A stretch of 64,000 bases of DNA from a virus, in IMG/VR virus record IMGVR_UViG_3300042309_001835, positions 1-64,000 of that record. The stretch is one strand, 5' to 3'. This document shows positions 30,287 to 39,935 of this stretch, in pieces. The position numbers and the translations under genes are program-made. Positions within the stretch are counted from its first letter, which is position 1; each line of letters begins with the position of its first letter. The notes below the pieces were generated by a model that was not told where the DNA came from, made no database searches, and saw only the letters and a program-made list of their open reading frames with translations.

Positions 30287-31315
30287 TCACAGTTCGTCGT
30301 CGTATATCCAGGTAACCTTGCGGCTATCTTCTGGCTCTGGTACATCTGTTGGCCATGAGCTTAGCTGGTATTTCATCCTGAACCTGGCGGGGTCCAGACC
30401 AGCATCACGGATGCGTTGTTCTGTTTCTATGATTCTGTCGTTGAATACATGTTCCTTGCCTGGGTCTGCTCTTAGTGTATTGAAATACATGTAGTGCAGA
30501 TTTTCGTATTCATCAATAGTCCTTCTCATGCTTGCCTTGATAATAACTTCGTCACTACGATCCTCTTCTTTTACCGCTTGCGGTTTTTCGTAGTTCAAAC
30601 CTTCATTGTAAAGTGAATAGACGTTCTGATACTTTTTAGTTTGAGGCTGGCCAATGCCAACGATGCTTTGAAGTGTTTTACTGGTGTTCTCTTTCGACCA
30701 GAATACAGAATGATCAACTCCAGCCTTGAGTACAGAGAAGAACCCCTTGTAATCATGCGACTTGTGTCCAAGTGCTTTTATATGCAAATCGACTGCCTTC
30801 AGGAGCTGAGCGCTGAGTCTATTTATTTTCGCATAATTAACTGGCCTGTATTCATTCCACGCATTTGTAGCTTCATCAAAGTAATTTGCCCGCGCTTTTG
30901 GCGGCGCAACTTTCTTCTTGACCTCCTGATAGGGCTGAAGCATCTGCTCCTCTACGATTGCCCTTGATTCTGCATCAACTTCTCTTAGGCGGCGCAATAT
31001 CGGCACTGGATCATGTAGGATGATATGTTCTGGAGTACCGGATACCAGGCCAAGCTCTTTCAGGTCGGCCATGCAGCGAATCCTGGTCGCTCTATGTATG
31101 CCTATCCTGCGATCAAGGACTGTCCTGCAGATCGGACCAAACTGTACTTGATTGGCAAGAACAATCCAAAGAAGTTTACTGTTTGGCGTTAAATCGTCGC
31201 ACAACAACAACTCCAGGGGTGCCTTTGCATAGACAACTGGCTCCCATGGCGTGTCCTTGGAGACGGAGATCTTCACGAGCGGGGACGGTTGTGTACCCAC
31301 ACTAGCGACCGGCAT
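30287..31315 (-). CDS. putative replication initiator (HTH N-terminus)
   Basis: LTPNSKLLWIVL...LKELGLV HTH; directly upstream of helicase, next to iterons; the ORF-track N-terminal extension is translated repeat DNA. Confidence 0.6.
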   Translation of the reverse strand: MPVASVGTQPSPLVKISVSKDTPWEPVVYAKAPLELLLCDDLTPNSKLLWIVLANQVQFGPICRTVLDRRIGIHRATRIRCMADLKELGLVSGTPEHIILHDPVPILRRLREVDAESRAIVEEQMLQPYQEVKKKVAPPKARANYFDEATNAWNEYRPVNYAKINRLSAQLLKAVDLHIKALGHKSHDYKGFFSVLKAGVDHSVFWSKENTSKTLQSIVGIGQPQTKKYQNVYSLYNEGLNYEKPQAVKEEDRSDEVIIKASMRRTIDEYENLHYMYFNTLRADPGKEHVFNDRIIETEQRIRDAGLDPARFRMKYQLSSWPTDVPEPEDSRKVTWIYDDEL

Positions 31316-31359
31316 CAAAGCAGGCAACCGGCATTTGTTAAGACTTGCTGCAAAAACAG

Positions 31360-31585
31360 GTTGCATTTTGCGACAGTGTTGCATTTTGCGACAAAAACAC
31401 GTTGCATAGTGCGACAAAGGCCGTCGCTTTTTGCAACACGGGTTGACGCTTTTTGCAACATGCCGTGCGGGATTGCGTTGCAAAATGCGTCACTTAAAAA
31501 GAAGCTCTTAGCTTTAAGATACTTGTCTACGGTTTTAGGTTTACTTCTTACTGTAAAAGAATAGAAAATATTAAGAAAAGAAAGC
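31360..31585. repeat. candidate replication origin: six 15-bp iterons plus AT-rich tract
   Basis: GTTGCA-N4-GCGWC at 31360, 31378, 31401, 31477 and inverted at 31423, 31445; AT-rich 31495-31585. Confidence 0.7.
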
Positions 31586-31620
31586 GCGTACGCGCTGGGG
31601 CGGGTTGGTATGGTGGTGAC

Positions 31621-31956
31621 ATGGGAAAGACCAAGCCACTGACAGCCGCAGAGCAGGCAGCCCTTGAGGAGGGGTGGCTGGAAATCGGCGAGTCCCTGGC
31701 CGCCACGATCCTTGTCGGGAAGCGCACAAAAAAATGGGCATGGAGCCTGATTGGGTCGCTTGGGCTGTACAAGCGATGGATGATTGATTTCTGGGTCGAA
31801 CGGTATCAAGATGAACATCCTGAGCTGAATTCGCCAGTTACGAAGGCGAAAGAGGGGCCCAGCAGGGACTGGCTGGCGCAGCGAAAATCAAAGTTCACAA
31901 AACGTGACCAAATAAAAGAGGCCCTTGAGTTGCTAAATGCCAGGACGAACCGCTAG
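31621..31956 (+). CDS. hypothetical protein
   Basis: SD GGTGGT, first rightward gene after the origin. Confidence 0.6.
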   Translation: MGKTKPLTAAEQAALEEGWLEIGESLAATILVGKRTKKWAWSLIGSLGLYKRWMIDFWVERYQDEHPELNSPVTKAKEGPSRDWLAQRKSKFTKRDQIKEALELLNARTNR

Positions 31957-31979
31957 AGTGAATCATCTGACAAATCGTC

Positions 31980-32753
31980 ATGCCCGACTGTATCCCCAAT
32001 CTCGCAGGTGTCGCAACTAAGAATCTGGTTGAGACGATTGGAACTGGCAGCTACAAAGCAAGTTATATCAACTGGGCTCGGACGTTTAACCTGCTGCATG
32101 AGCATGCTCCCGGCTGGTACCTGGATGTAGTCCTGTCGCCGGAAGGAGCCGCTGTCTGGCGGGCACCCGGCAATGGCGGTTATCTGATGCTGCGGTTCTG
32201 CCATGTCGATGGCACGTGCCTGGCTCCAGCGCCGCAGGCGATCATGGACAACCGGAACGGGTCCATTCCGTTCGACAAGATTTCCGCCAGGGATGTGACC
32301 GACACGCACCGCCGTGGTGGCTGCATGCTGGCTGCCATGACATTTGGCCTGGCGGTTGAGCTGTGGGCGAAGATGCCACTGGAGAGCGGCTACGGACAGG
32401 CCCCTGAGGGCGACGCTACGGCCCCTGTAAGCCCCGTAAGCGGCATCCGTGCCACTACTGCGCCTGCAGCCCCCGCAGAGGCCTTCACGGCCGAAAAACA
32501 GGCCACTATGCAGGACTTCCTGGAGGCCTGTCTGGAAAAGGGGCTGTCGCCAGTGGCGGCAGATAAGTTGCTTGAGGTGATTGGCTCAAATTACGCCGGA
32601 GGAATCAAAACCCTTGCCAGCAAGACAGAAGCATGGGTGGTTGAGCAAAACCAGAAGGCGAATCCCGAGGAATCGGCGCAGCCTCAACAGGAGAAGCCCG
32701 CCAAGGCCGTAAAAAAGACTCCCACACAGAAGTCGAATCCAGAAGCGTACTGA
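31980..32753 (+). CDS. Sak3/DUF1071-like single-strand annealing protein
   Basis: SYINWA...QAIMDNRN...DVTDTHRR...FGLAVELW. Confidence 0.75.
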   Translation: MPDCIPNLAGVATKNLVETIGTGSYKASYINWARTFNLLHEHAPGWYLDVVLSPEGAAVWRAPGNGGYLMLRFCHVDGTCLAPAPQAIMDNRNGSIPFDKISARDVTDTHRRGGCMLAAMTFGLAVELWAKMPLESGYGQAPEGDATAPVSPVSGIRATTAPAAPAEAFTAEKQATMQDFLEACLEKGLSPVAADKLLEVIGSNYAGGIKTLASKTEAWVVEQNQKANPEESAQPQQEKPAKAVKKTPTQKSNPEAY

Positions 32754-32874
32754 AGAACGCTCAGCACTTCCCAAGGCTGGAGGATTCACAGCAACGCACC
32801 AAGATGGATTTCATTGACTGGGCGGCCCAGTTCTTTGCAAAGGAATTCCATGGTGTGATCATAAGAGATTATAA

Positions 32875-32898
32875 AGAGCCTTAGACAGGCTCTTTTTC
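32875..32898 (+). terminator. intrinsic terminator
   Basis: AAGAGCCT-TAGAC-AGGCTCTT followed by Ts. Confidence 0.6.
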
Positions 32899-32930
32899 TC
32901 GTCTATCATTCTCTTGACTGTTCCCGACCA

Positions 32931-33728
32931 ATGTCGAAAAGCTTGAGCAACGAAATTACTGCTTGGATGAACGCCGCAGGCAGTAAGCCGGTCTTGAGTA
33001 AAGAAGAAATGCTGATCATCGCAAAGAAGATTAAGTCACACGAGGTCGGGAGCCCAAAGTATAAGTTCTATGTGAACAAGTTGGTGTCTCATAATTTGAG
33101 ACTGGTTATCAGGTCGGTCCACTTGTACATGGACGGCAAGATGAAGAAAGGATGGGGAGGCCCGGAGACGCTCGATCTGCTACAGACAGGAGCGCTCGGC
33201 CTGATAAGGGCTGCAGAAAAGTATGACCCAGAAACTGGTTATACTTTTGCCACATACGCAACCTACTGGATCAGGTCTTTTGTCGGTCGTTACGCGATCA
33301 AGGCATCCAGTATATTTCATATACCGGAAAATGCCTGTCGTGATGCCTACTCCTTCGAAAAGTACGGATTCGTCAAAAACAAAAGCCACAACGTGAGTGA
33401 GGCGTTGACGAAACTTGTGCGCTCCGCTCAAGCGGTAATCTCTGTCGACGCACCACTAGGCGAAGATGGCGATATTTCGATCATTGATTGCCTAGAAAGT
33501 AAGTATCCGCCCAGCACCGAAGGCGCGGCTCGTTTTTCGTGTGAAATGGATGATCTGATCCAAGCGGCAGGGCTAAGTGACGATCAGGTCAAGGTACTGG
33601 AAAACCTGTTCATAGATGAGATGAAAGTTAAAGACATAATGCACGCCAATTCGATCTCCAGGGTAAAGGTTGCGGCTTTGCGTGAAACCGCCCTTGAGAA
33701 ACTCAGGCGGATTACCCCTGCGGCATAG
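32931..33728 (+). CDS. RpoD-like sigma70 factor
   Basis: NLRLVI, DLLQTGALGLIRAAEKYDPETGYTFATYATYWIR, SVDAPLGED. Confidence 0.92.
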   Translation: MSKSLSNEITAWMNAAGSKPVLSKEEMLIIAKKIKSHEVGSPKYKFYVNKLVSHNLRLVIRSVHLYMDGKMKKGWGGPETLDLLQTGALGLIRAAEKYDPETGYTFATYATYWIRSFVGRYAIKASSIFHIPENACRDAYSFEKYGFVKNKSHNVSEALTKLVRSAQAVISVDAPLGEDGDISIIDCLESKYPPSTEGAARFSCEMDDLIQAAGLSDDQVKVLENLFIDEMKVKDIMHANSISRVKVAALRETALEKLRRITPAA

Positions 33729-33794
33729 CTGCCGGTCGGGTGTAACCAGTTCACCAAAACTCGATATAATGTACTGTAGGCCCCAACTTAAACG

Positions 33795-34145
33795 ATGGCT
33801 ACCATTAGTATTGCAGGAACCGTAACTGGCCGCGCCGGTGAATCGCCGGTAACCGTGAAGACCTTTGAGACTGGCGACCCTGTTGCCAGCTTCTCTGTCG
33901 CTGACCGCGCTTACGTTTACACGAAACCTGGCTCTGAACGTCAGGGACAGTTCTATCGATGCGAAGTGCGGGGCAAGACCGCCGAAATCGTGGCGGAACG
34001 GATCAAGCGCGGTGATAAAGTCGGTGTTTCGGGTCAGCTCGTGCAGCGAATGTACAACGAAAAGCTGTTCCTGGACATCAAGAATGCTTCCGTTACCTTC
34101 CTTGAGGATCGAGCTAAAGGCGAGGAACAGGAACTTCCCTTCTGA
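33795..34145 (+). CDS. ssb: single-stranded DNA-binding protein
   Basis: OB-fold motifs, acidic ELPF tail. Confidence 0.9.
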   Translation: MATISIAGTVTGRAGESPVTVKTFETGDPVASFSVADRAYVYTKPGSERQGQFYRCEVRGKTAEIVAERIKRGDKVGVSGQLVQRMYNEKLFLDIKNASVTFLEDRAKGEEQELPF

Positions 34146-34165
34146 GGTATCCTAGACTTAGACAC

Positions 34166-34199
34166 AACGGCCAGGCGTAGCCTGGCTGTTTTTCTTTTT
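34166..34199 (+). terminator. intrinsic terminator
   Basis: ACGGCCAGGC-GTA-GCCTGGCTGT followed by a T-tract. Confidence 0.75.
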
Positions 34200-34208
34200 G
34201 GAGTAGTT

Positions 34209-34688
34209 ATGTACCAGTCGCCGAGGATCGATGAGATTGCACCTGGGGCGTGTGGGTTACTGATGGATGAAACGCCGATGTTGTTGGCCTCAAATGTAAG
34301 GCCATATGTGATTGCAATACTGTTACATCGCGGCGCTGTACGCCGCCACGAAATCCAAGCTAGTTTGGTACCCCATTGTTCGACCAGCGATTTGAAAGTT
34401 GGTGGATGGGATCCACTCAATGAAGATTACTGTGAAAATACCAGACTTGAAGAACTGATCGATGAAGCACTTGGCGACCTTGTTAGTGAAGGTATCCTTC
34501 GATACAACGAAAGCCAAGATCTATGGGTTCTAACTGGTGGCAATATTTCTGCAATTATTTCCTGGGCCGCAGCTACTGGAGCAAAGTTGCCTCAGCATCT
34601 TATAATGGAGTTAACCAGCAAACGATTCAACCGTATTCCAGACTATGTTAAGCCAGACTATGCAACCAACCAAGAAGTCAAAGTCTAA
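34209..34688 (+). CDS. winged-helix-like hypothetical protein
   Basis: ALGDLVSEGILRY..., SD GGAG. Confidence 0.55.
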   Translation: MYQSPRIDEIAPGACGLLMDETPMLLASNVRPYVIAILLHRGAVRRHEIQASLVPHCSTSDLKVGGWDPLNEDYCENTRLEELIDEALGDLVSEGILRYNESQDLWVLTGGNISAIISWAAATGAKLPQHLIMELTSKRFNRIPDYVKPDYATNQEVKV

Positions 34689-34905
34689 GGCAGTCCCTGA
34701 CCACAAAAGACTGGCGGGGCCATCTTTTCCACTGCCGATCTTTCGCAAGGGAACGATGGTTCAGGTCTATTTGGGAGCCGGTTGGAGTACTGGGCGCGTC
34801 ATAGCCAGCAAGCAAGATCAGTGCCAGGTTACGCTAACGATGGGTAACCGGACAATTACCGTATTTGACGCCAGGTCGATTCGCCAAACTGAAAGCAATG
34901 ATTGA
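34645..34905 (+). CDS. small SH3-like hypothetical protein
   Basis: FRKGTMVQVY...W..GRV; probable ATG near 34660. Confidence 0.5.
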   Translation: MLSQTMQPTKKSKSKAVPDHKRLAGPSFPLPIFRKGTMVQVYLGAGWSTGRVIASKQDQCQVTLTMGNRTITVFDARSIRQTESND

Positions 34906-35341
34906 TACACAACAGGAGATCTCTAGGGTTTGCGATGATATCAAAAACCTGTTGCTGCAAAAGAACGAAAAGTACGGAGATTCTGCGCTGAATCCATCCA
35001 GGATCTTCAGCAAGGCGGACACCCGTGAGCAGTTGTGCGTCAGGATTGATGATAAGCTAACGCGCATCGCCAAGGGCGTAGGTTTATTGGCAACAGACGA
35101 GGATGTCCTGCAGGATCTGATAGGTTATCTGGTTTTGTTGAAGATATCCATTTCCAGGACTGATAACACAAAAACAGTTCAACCGGCGCCGGTTGATCAG
35201 TGGGATGGCTCTGATATTGAGCCATATATGAAGAACTGGGCTGAATTCTGGAATACTCAAGACAAGCGTCAAATGGATGCAGTTAATTCAGATGACGCAG
35301 AAGTACTTGAGCTGCACACTTCCGGCGATAGATTCGGCTGA
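34898..35341 (+). CDS. DUF1599/nucleotide-modification-associated domain protein
   Basis: LLLQKNEKYGDSAL...RIDDKLTRI...DLIGYLVL. Confidence 0.75.
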   Translation: MIDTQQEISRVCDDIKNLLLQKNEKYGDSALNPSRIFSKADTREQLCVRIDDKLTRIAKGVGLLATDEDVLQDLIGYLVLLKISISRTDNTKTVQPAPVDQWDGSDIEPYMKNWAEFWNTQDKRQMDAVNSDDAEVLELHTSGDRFG

Positions 35342-35696
35342 TCACGTATTGGTCATCAAAAGACCGTTGTTCTCGAAGGCACGTCCACGACTAACCAGAA
35401 CCGGTCACGCATTCATGCCGCCAGCCTATAAACTGGCGCAAGCGGAGATGCGTAAGCTGATCCGTGAGCAATGGGATTATGGCCCCTTGGAAGGCCCCGT
35501 ATCACTGAAGCTGATCGTCAAGGGTGAAGGCCGGGGAGATACGGACAACATCGCTGGGGCGTTTATGGATGCCGCCCAGGGAATCCTGTGGATCGATGAC
35601 CGGGTCAGTGTAATACCAAAGCTGTCAATTGAATGGCAGAGGGCCGCCAAGGTTGATTCGGAATGGATCGCAATCATTCATCACACCTCCGTATAA
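35277..35696 (+). CDS. rusA: RusA-like Holliday junction resolvase
   Basis: KARPR...GDTDNI....DA.QG..W.DD. Confidence 0.8.
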   Translation: MQLIQMTQKYLSCTLPAIDSADHVLVIKRPLFSKARPRLTRTGHAFMPPAYKLAQAEMRKLIREQWDYGPLEGPVSLKLIVKGEGRGDTDNIAGAFMDAAQGILWIDDRVSVIPKLSIEWQRAAKVDSEWIAIIHHTSV

Positions 35697-35718
35697 TGTA
35701 GATTATAAGCGACACGCA

Positions 35719-36570
35719 ATGGCGACGGTAGCTTACAACCAACCTGATCCCGACTACCGCAGAGAGCTGGGGGAGAATCAAAGCTACCTTAAGAATATCT
35801 TAATAAGTCCAGCTCATTACAGGGCTGGCAAAAAGAGAAAGTTCGCTCCTACCATCAACATGGAGATCGGCTCTGCTTTGCATTGCCTGGTCCTGGAGGG
35901 CAAGGAGGAGTTTGATCGTCGCTACATGCTGAAGCCGGAAGACATTTCCCTGGCCACCAAGGAGGGAAAAGAATGGAAGGCAAGCCAAAAAGGTAAAACA
36001 ATCCTGACGAATAACGAAAAAGAAAAGGCCTGGGACAGCGTTCATGGCATGGCCGAATCACTACTGCGCCTGGAGTGGTTCAACCAATCCCAGGTCGATT
36101 ATCGCAAATACAACGAGCTGTCTATTTACTGGGAAGCGGATGGTATTCCCTGCAAGGGGCGACTTGACAGACTGGTCGACATGGGCGATCATTTGATGAT
36201 ATTGGATCTCAAGAGCACCGATTCGGTCGAATATAGCACCTTTCTTAAGAAGCTGGTAGGTGGCATGAATTATCTGTTTCAGTCGGCATGGTACGCAGAG
36301 GCCGCCAGTCTTGCGTATAACAAACCATGCAAGTTTGTTTTTGCCGCAATCGAAAGGACGGAACCGTGGACATTGTCTCTGTTTGAGATTTCAGATGAGA
36401 TGATGGACGAAGGTAATCGTCAGATCAAGCGAGCGCGGCAGTTGTTGAAAAAGTGTTTAGATGCCAAGGATTGGCCTCGACCAGAGGTTTGCTATAATGT
36501 ACTGAGCCTGCCAACTTGGTACCGCTCACCAGTTTCGAACTACAGCCCCGAATTTGAGGACTTGTTCTGA
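35719..36570 (+). CDS. RecE/exonuclease VIII-like PD-(D/E)XK nuclease
   Basis: GSALHCLVLE, CKGRLD, DLKST, Y..Q.AWY. Confidence 0.85.
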   Translation: MATVAYNQPDPDYRRELGENQSYLKNILISPAHYRAGKKRKFAPTINMEIGSALHCLVLEGKEEFDRRYMLKPEDISLATKEGKEWKASQKGKTILTNNEKEKAWDSVHGMAESLLRLEWFNQSQVDYRKYNELSIYWEADGIPCKGRLDRLVDMGDHLMILDLKSTDSVEYSTFLKKLVGGMNYLFQSAWYAEAASLAYNKPCKFVFAAIERTEPWTLSLFEISDEMMDEGNRQIKRARQLLKKCLDAKDWPRPEVCYNVLSLPTWYRSPVSNYSPEFEDLF

Positions 36571-36776
36571 TGAGCAATCAACAAAGCGTAAACATAGGCA
36601 GCGCCAGTGGAACCACACTGCTTGGTGTTCTGTTTGTTGGACTGAAGTTGACTGGTTACATTAACTGGCCGTGGGTGTGGGTGTTGTCTCCATTCTGGAT
36701 GCCCCTGGCAATAGTGTTGGCCCTGGCCCTCCTTGCCTTTATCGTTTACGCAGTAGCCTCTATCGGTAAGAAGTGA
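36570..36776 (+). CDS. small membrane protein
   Basis: LKLTGYINWPWVWVLSPFW. Confidence 0.75.
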   Translation: MSNQQSVNIGSASGTTLLGVLFVGLKLTGYINWPWVWVLSPFWMPLAIVLALALLAFIVYAVASIGKK

Positions 36777-36778
36777 TC

Positions 36779-37549
36779 ATGGCCACAGAAAAAACCATCA
36801 GGCCAGTTCGCGCCTCTGATCTTCTTAGCCTGGACGAAAGGTTGACGGTAAAAGTTCTGGACTGCTACGCCGACCCCGAAAGGGCGACTTGGCAGGCCGG
36901 TAAGAATGACTACTCCGAGGTTCCTATCCACGAGGTCAAGCCCCTGAAGCGAGAAGAGGCTGGCAAGTGGATTGTTGACCACTTGCTGTCGGGCGAGAAG
37001 GGGCACTACGGCCCACTGGAACACCCACAGATAACACTGTCTTGTGCCGGTTATGTGCACAGTGTCATAGTGCAAGCACGCACGCATCGAATCGGCACTT
37101 CGTGGGATGTTCAATCTCAGCGGTATACCGGCAAGCGTGTCCTGAGGGTTGCTGACCGCGAAATTGACGTGGAAGACGTTTTCTACATCAGGCCGCCTGG
37201 TCTTTACACAAATCGACAGGGCAAGAAGTATGAGTGGACCAAAGAAAACATTGAAGACAAAAGAGGCAAAATAATTCTTGCCTGTGAGGATTACGCCAAA
37301 GATTACAAAAATGGCTGCTCCGAAGAGCACATTCGCGATTACCTGCCTCAAGGTATCAGGCAAAACTTTGTTGTATCATTCAACCTGAGGTCCGTGTTGC
37401 ATTTCATGGATCTCAGATCCAAGTTAGATGCACAACTGGAGATCGAGGCACTATGTGAGCAGTTTATACCAATCCTGAAGGATTGGGCTCCATCTGTGTG
37501 GGGTTACTATGAAGCGAAACGCTTGCACAAGGCCAGGCTTTCACCGTAA
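36779..37549 (+). CDS. thyX: flavin-dependent thymidylate synthase
   Basis: GHYGPLEH, QARTHRIGTSWDVQSQRY, NLRSVLHFMDLR. Confidence 0.93.
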   Translation: MATEKTIRPVRASDLLSLDERLTVKVLDCYADPERATWQAGKNDYSEVPIHEVKPLKREEAGKWIVDHLLSGEKGHYGPLEHPQITLSCAGYVHSVIVQARTHRIGTSWDVQSQRYTGKRVLRVADREIDVEDVFYIRPPGLYTNRQGKKYEWTKENIEDKRGKIILACEDYAKDYKNGCSEEHIRDYLPQGIRQNFVVSFNLRSVLHFMDLRSKLDAQLEIEALCEQFIPILKDWAPSVWGYYEAKRLHKARLSP

Positions 37550-37578
37550 AACCAGTATTGGTATAATAGTTTACGCAG

Positions 37579-38217
37579 ATGAATGAAAAAGAACCAGTGT
37601 CCGACTGGCCAGAATCCAAACCAATAAAAGGTGATGCTGGCCCTATTTACGGGTTTCGGCGTGGCTATCGTGTCAAGGATGCTGGCCGCCATGAAAGCGC
37701 TGACCAATTCAATTGCTTCCAGAAATTCCTGTTGCTTCAAGGTACCAGGGCGTTCTCTGACCTGGAAACCGTAACCGGCCATTGTGCTCCATCTTTATCA
37801 AGATGGGCTTCAACTTACAACTGGCAACGCCGTGCTGCGGCTTACGACAAGGATCAACTTGCTATTGTATGGAAAGAAGCCGAAAAGTTCCAGAAAAATA
37901 CCCACAGGGAAGCAATCGTAGAATTCAGGGAGTCGTCCGAACGCCAAGCCAGGATGATGGCACGCGTCTCAGAAGATCTGTTGCGCGTGCTTGGCAAGCG
38001 CATTGAAAAGGCGGAAGTCGAGGGCGAGGAGGTGCCGATGGCGCTGGTCTCAGGCTTGTTGCGTGCCGCTGCTAACATAAGCGAGCAATCACGCCAGTCT
38101 TGGGCCAATTCGCTGGGCATCAACGAGATGCTTGAGATGGTTGATTCCGAGATGACCAAAGCAAACGTTGAGGATGTAACCGATGTCGACGCCTACGAAA
38201 TCCCAATCGATGAGTGA
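37579..38217 (+). CDS. putative terminase small subunit
   Basis: HTH with RWAS.YNWQ.RAAAYD, two genes upstream of TerL. Confidence 0.65.
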   Translation: MNEKEPVSDWPESKPIKGDAGPIYGFRRGYRVKDAGRHESADQFNCFQKFLLLQGTRAFSDLETVTGHCAPSLSRWASTYNWQRRAAAYDKDQLAIVWKEAEKFQKNTHREAIVEFRESSERQARMMARVSEDLLRVLGKRIEKAEVEGEEVPMALVSGLLRAAANISEQSRQSWANSLGINEMLEMVDSEMTKANVEDVTDVDAYEIPIDE

Positions 38218-38413
38218 AGACTTCCCGGTTATCGTTACGATAAACGAGGATGACTCCATTACAATTGAGTGGGACGAGAATCATCCAGTCACATCGGTTT
38301 TCAATACATGGACCGAAAAGGACTTCCTGGATTCAATACTGAATGGCTGTAAAGATGTGATTGGCGAAGAAGAATACGATAGAATAAAGAAAGAGCACCT
38401 TCCCAAGGAATAG
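38210..38413 (+). CDS. hypothetical protein
   Basis: MSEDFPV...ITIEWDENHP. Confidence 0.55.
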   Translation: MSEDFPVIVTINEDDSITIEWDENHPVTSVFNTWTEKDFLDSILNGCKDVIGEEEYDRIKKEHLPKE

Positions 38414-39931
38414 ATGGCTACCAGAGCTGGCAAACAATTCCTGGAAAAAGCTGGCTCAGATCGCGAAATGGTTCGCGAGTTGAGAAGGGTAAAAACCCAA
38501 AAGAAGGAAGGCGGACAGCAAATAGTCTTGCATCAATTCATAAAATCAGTATCTCCCAATTACAAGTTCTATAAAGTACACGCAGAACTGACAAAACAAC
38601 TGCAGGCCATCATTGATGGAAAATGCAAGAGGCTTATTATACAGGTGCCGCCACGTATTGGAAAGTCATACCTGTCCTCTAAGTTATTTCCTGCTGCTTA
38701 TCTACTGGCCCACCCAGACAGATATGTCGGCCTAGTATCCTATAGTGCTGAACTTGCGGAGGGTTTCTCTAGGTCGGCGCGGGACTACTACAGGCAAGCT
38801 GGTGGTACATTTGATCCGTACAAGCAAGCTGTCAATGACTGGGGAACGCAGGGCGGTGGCGGCCTGTGGGCAGCGGGTGTTGGCGGTGCTATTACTGGTC
38901 GATCGGGTCACCTGTTAATTATCGATGACCCGGTCAAAAACAGAGAAGATGCCGACAGTCCCAGGGTGATGGAAAAACTATGGGATTGGTATACGTCAAC
39001 CCTGTATACACGGCTTGAGCCAAATGTCGGTTCAATTGTCGTAATTCAGACGAGATGGAGTGAAAACGACCTGATCGGACGATTGATTGAATCAGAGATG
39101 AATGTATCCGAGAAAGGTCGAGAGGGCTGGACAATTCTTGATTTACCCGCTATATCCGAGGATCCGGGTTCCAGGCCACCTTTACCGGAGCACTGCAATA
39201 TAGTAACTGATTGGCGAGAGGAGTCTGGTCTGGCATTATGCCCACAGCGATATGGAATCGACGAATACGAGCGCATCCGCGAGGCAATTGGCACAAGGGA
39301 TTTTGCGGCACTGTATCAGCAAAGACCGGCGCCAGAAGGTGGTAATATGTTCGATCCGACTTGGTGGCAGTATTATGACCAACTAAAAGAACTGCCTGAA
39401 TTTCAACGCGTTATCCTTAGTGTTGACTGTACCTTTACAAATACAAGTTCCAGTGACTATGTCGTTGGCAGTGTCATAGGACAAGCTGGCAACAGTTTCT
39501 ACGTGCTGGATATGGCCAGAGAGAAATTGGACATTATTGGTACTATCAATATGATATCAAGGATGTATAAGAAGCACGCATTAAGCGGAACGGTTATCGA
39601 GCTAGCTGCTTCTGGATATGCTGCATATCAGTTACTGCAAAAGAAAGTACCTGGCCTCATTGGTTTCAAGCCAGAGAAATCAAAAGTAGCTCGCGCTGCT
39701 GGCATCGTGCCAATAGTAGAGGCTGGTAATGTCTATTTGCCAGCAAGTGCTCCTTGGCTGGACGTATTTATGAACGAATTCAGCCTGTTTCCTGCCGCAA
39801 AGAATGACGACATAATCGACTCAATTGGTATGGCCATTAACTACATGTCGCAACGCACTGTTCCTGTTATGACTGAGGTAAGCTGGGGAAGAGGAACTGC
39901 CTTACCGGCAACACCATACAGGATTGACTAA
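38414..39931 (+). CDS. terL: terminase large subunit
   Basis: PPRIGKS Walker A, LLIIDDPVK Walker B, TRW, nuclease SVD...NDDIIDS. Confidence 0.95.
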   Translation: MATRAGKQFLEKAGSDREMVRELRRVKTQKKEGGQQIVLHQFIKSVSPNYKFYKVHAELTKQLQAIIDGKCKRLIIQVPPRIGKSYLSSKLFPAAYLLAHPDRYVGLVSYSAELAEGFSRSARDYYRQAGGTFDPYKQAVNDWGTQGGGGLWAAGVGGAITGRSGHLLIIDDPVKNREDADSPRVMEKLWDWYTSTLYTRLEPNVGSIVVIQTRWSENDLIGRLIESEMNVSEKGREGWTILDLPAISEDPGSRPPLPEHCNIVTDWREESGLALCPQRYGIDEYERIREAIGTRDFAALYQQRPAPEGGNMFDPTWWQYYDQLKELPEFQRVILSVDCTFTNTSSSDYVVGSVIGQAGNSFYVLDMAREKLDIIGTINMISRMYKKHALSGTVIELAASGYAAYQLLQKKVPGLIGFKPEKSKVARAAGIVPIVEAGNVYLPASAPWLDVFMNEFSLFPAAKNDDIIDSIGMAINYMSQRTVPVMTEVSWGRGTALPATPYRID

Positions 39932-39935
39932 GGTT

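Noticed and set aside
31316-31483. Cys-rich N-terminal extension of the initiator ORF and overlapping ORFs 31289-31564 and 31315-31818
   Set aside because: Translation of iteron repeat DNA
31360-31491. Possible CRISPR mini-array
   Set aside because: Repeats are 15 bp, in mixed orientation, with 3-17 bp gaps; they fit iterons
34898-35341. DNA hypermodification system suggested by the DUF1599-like gene
   Set aside because: No base-modifying enzymes or dedicated polymerase nearby; nrdJ, dcd and thyX explain ordinary dTTP supply
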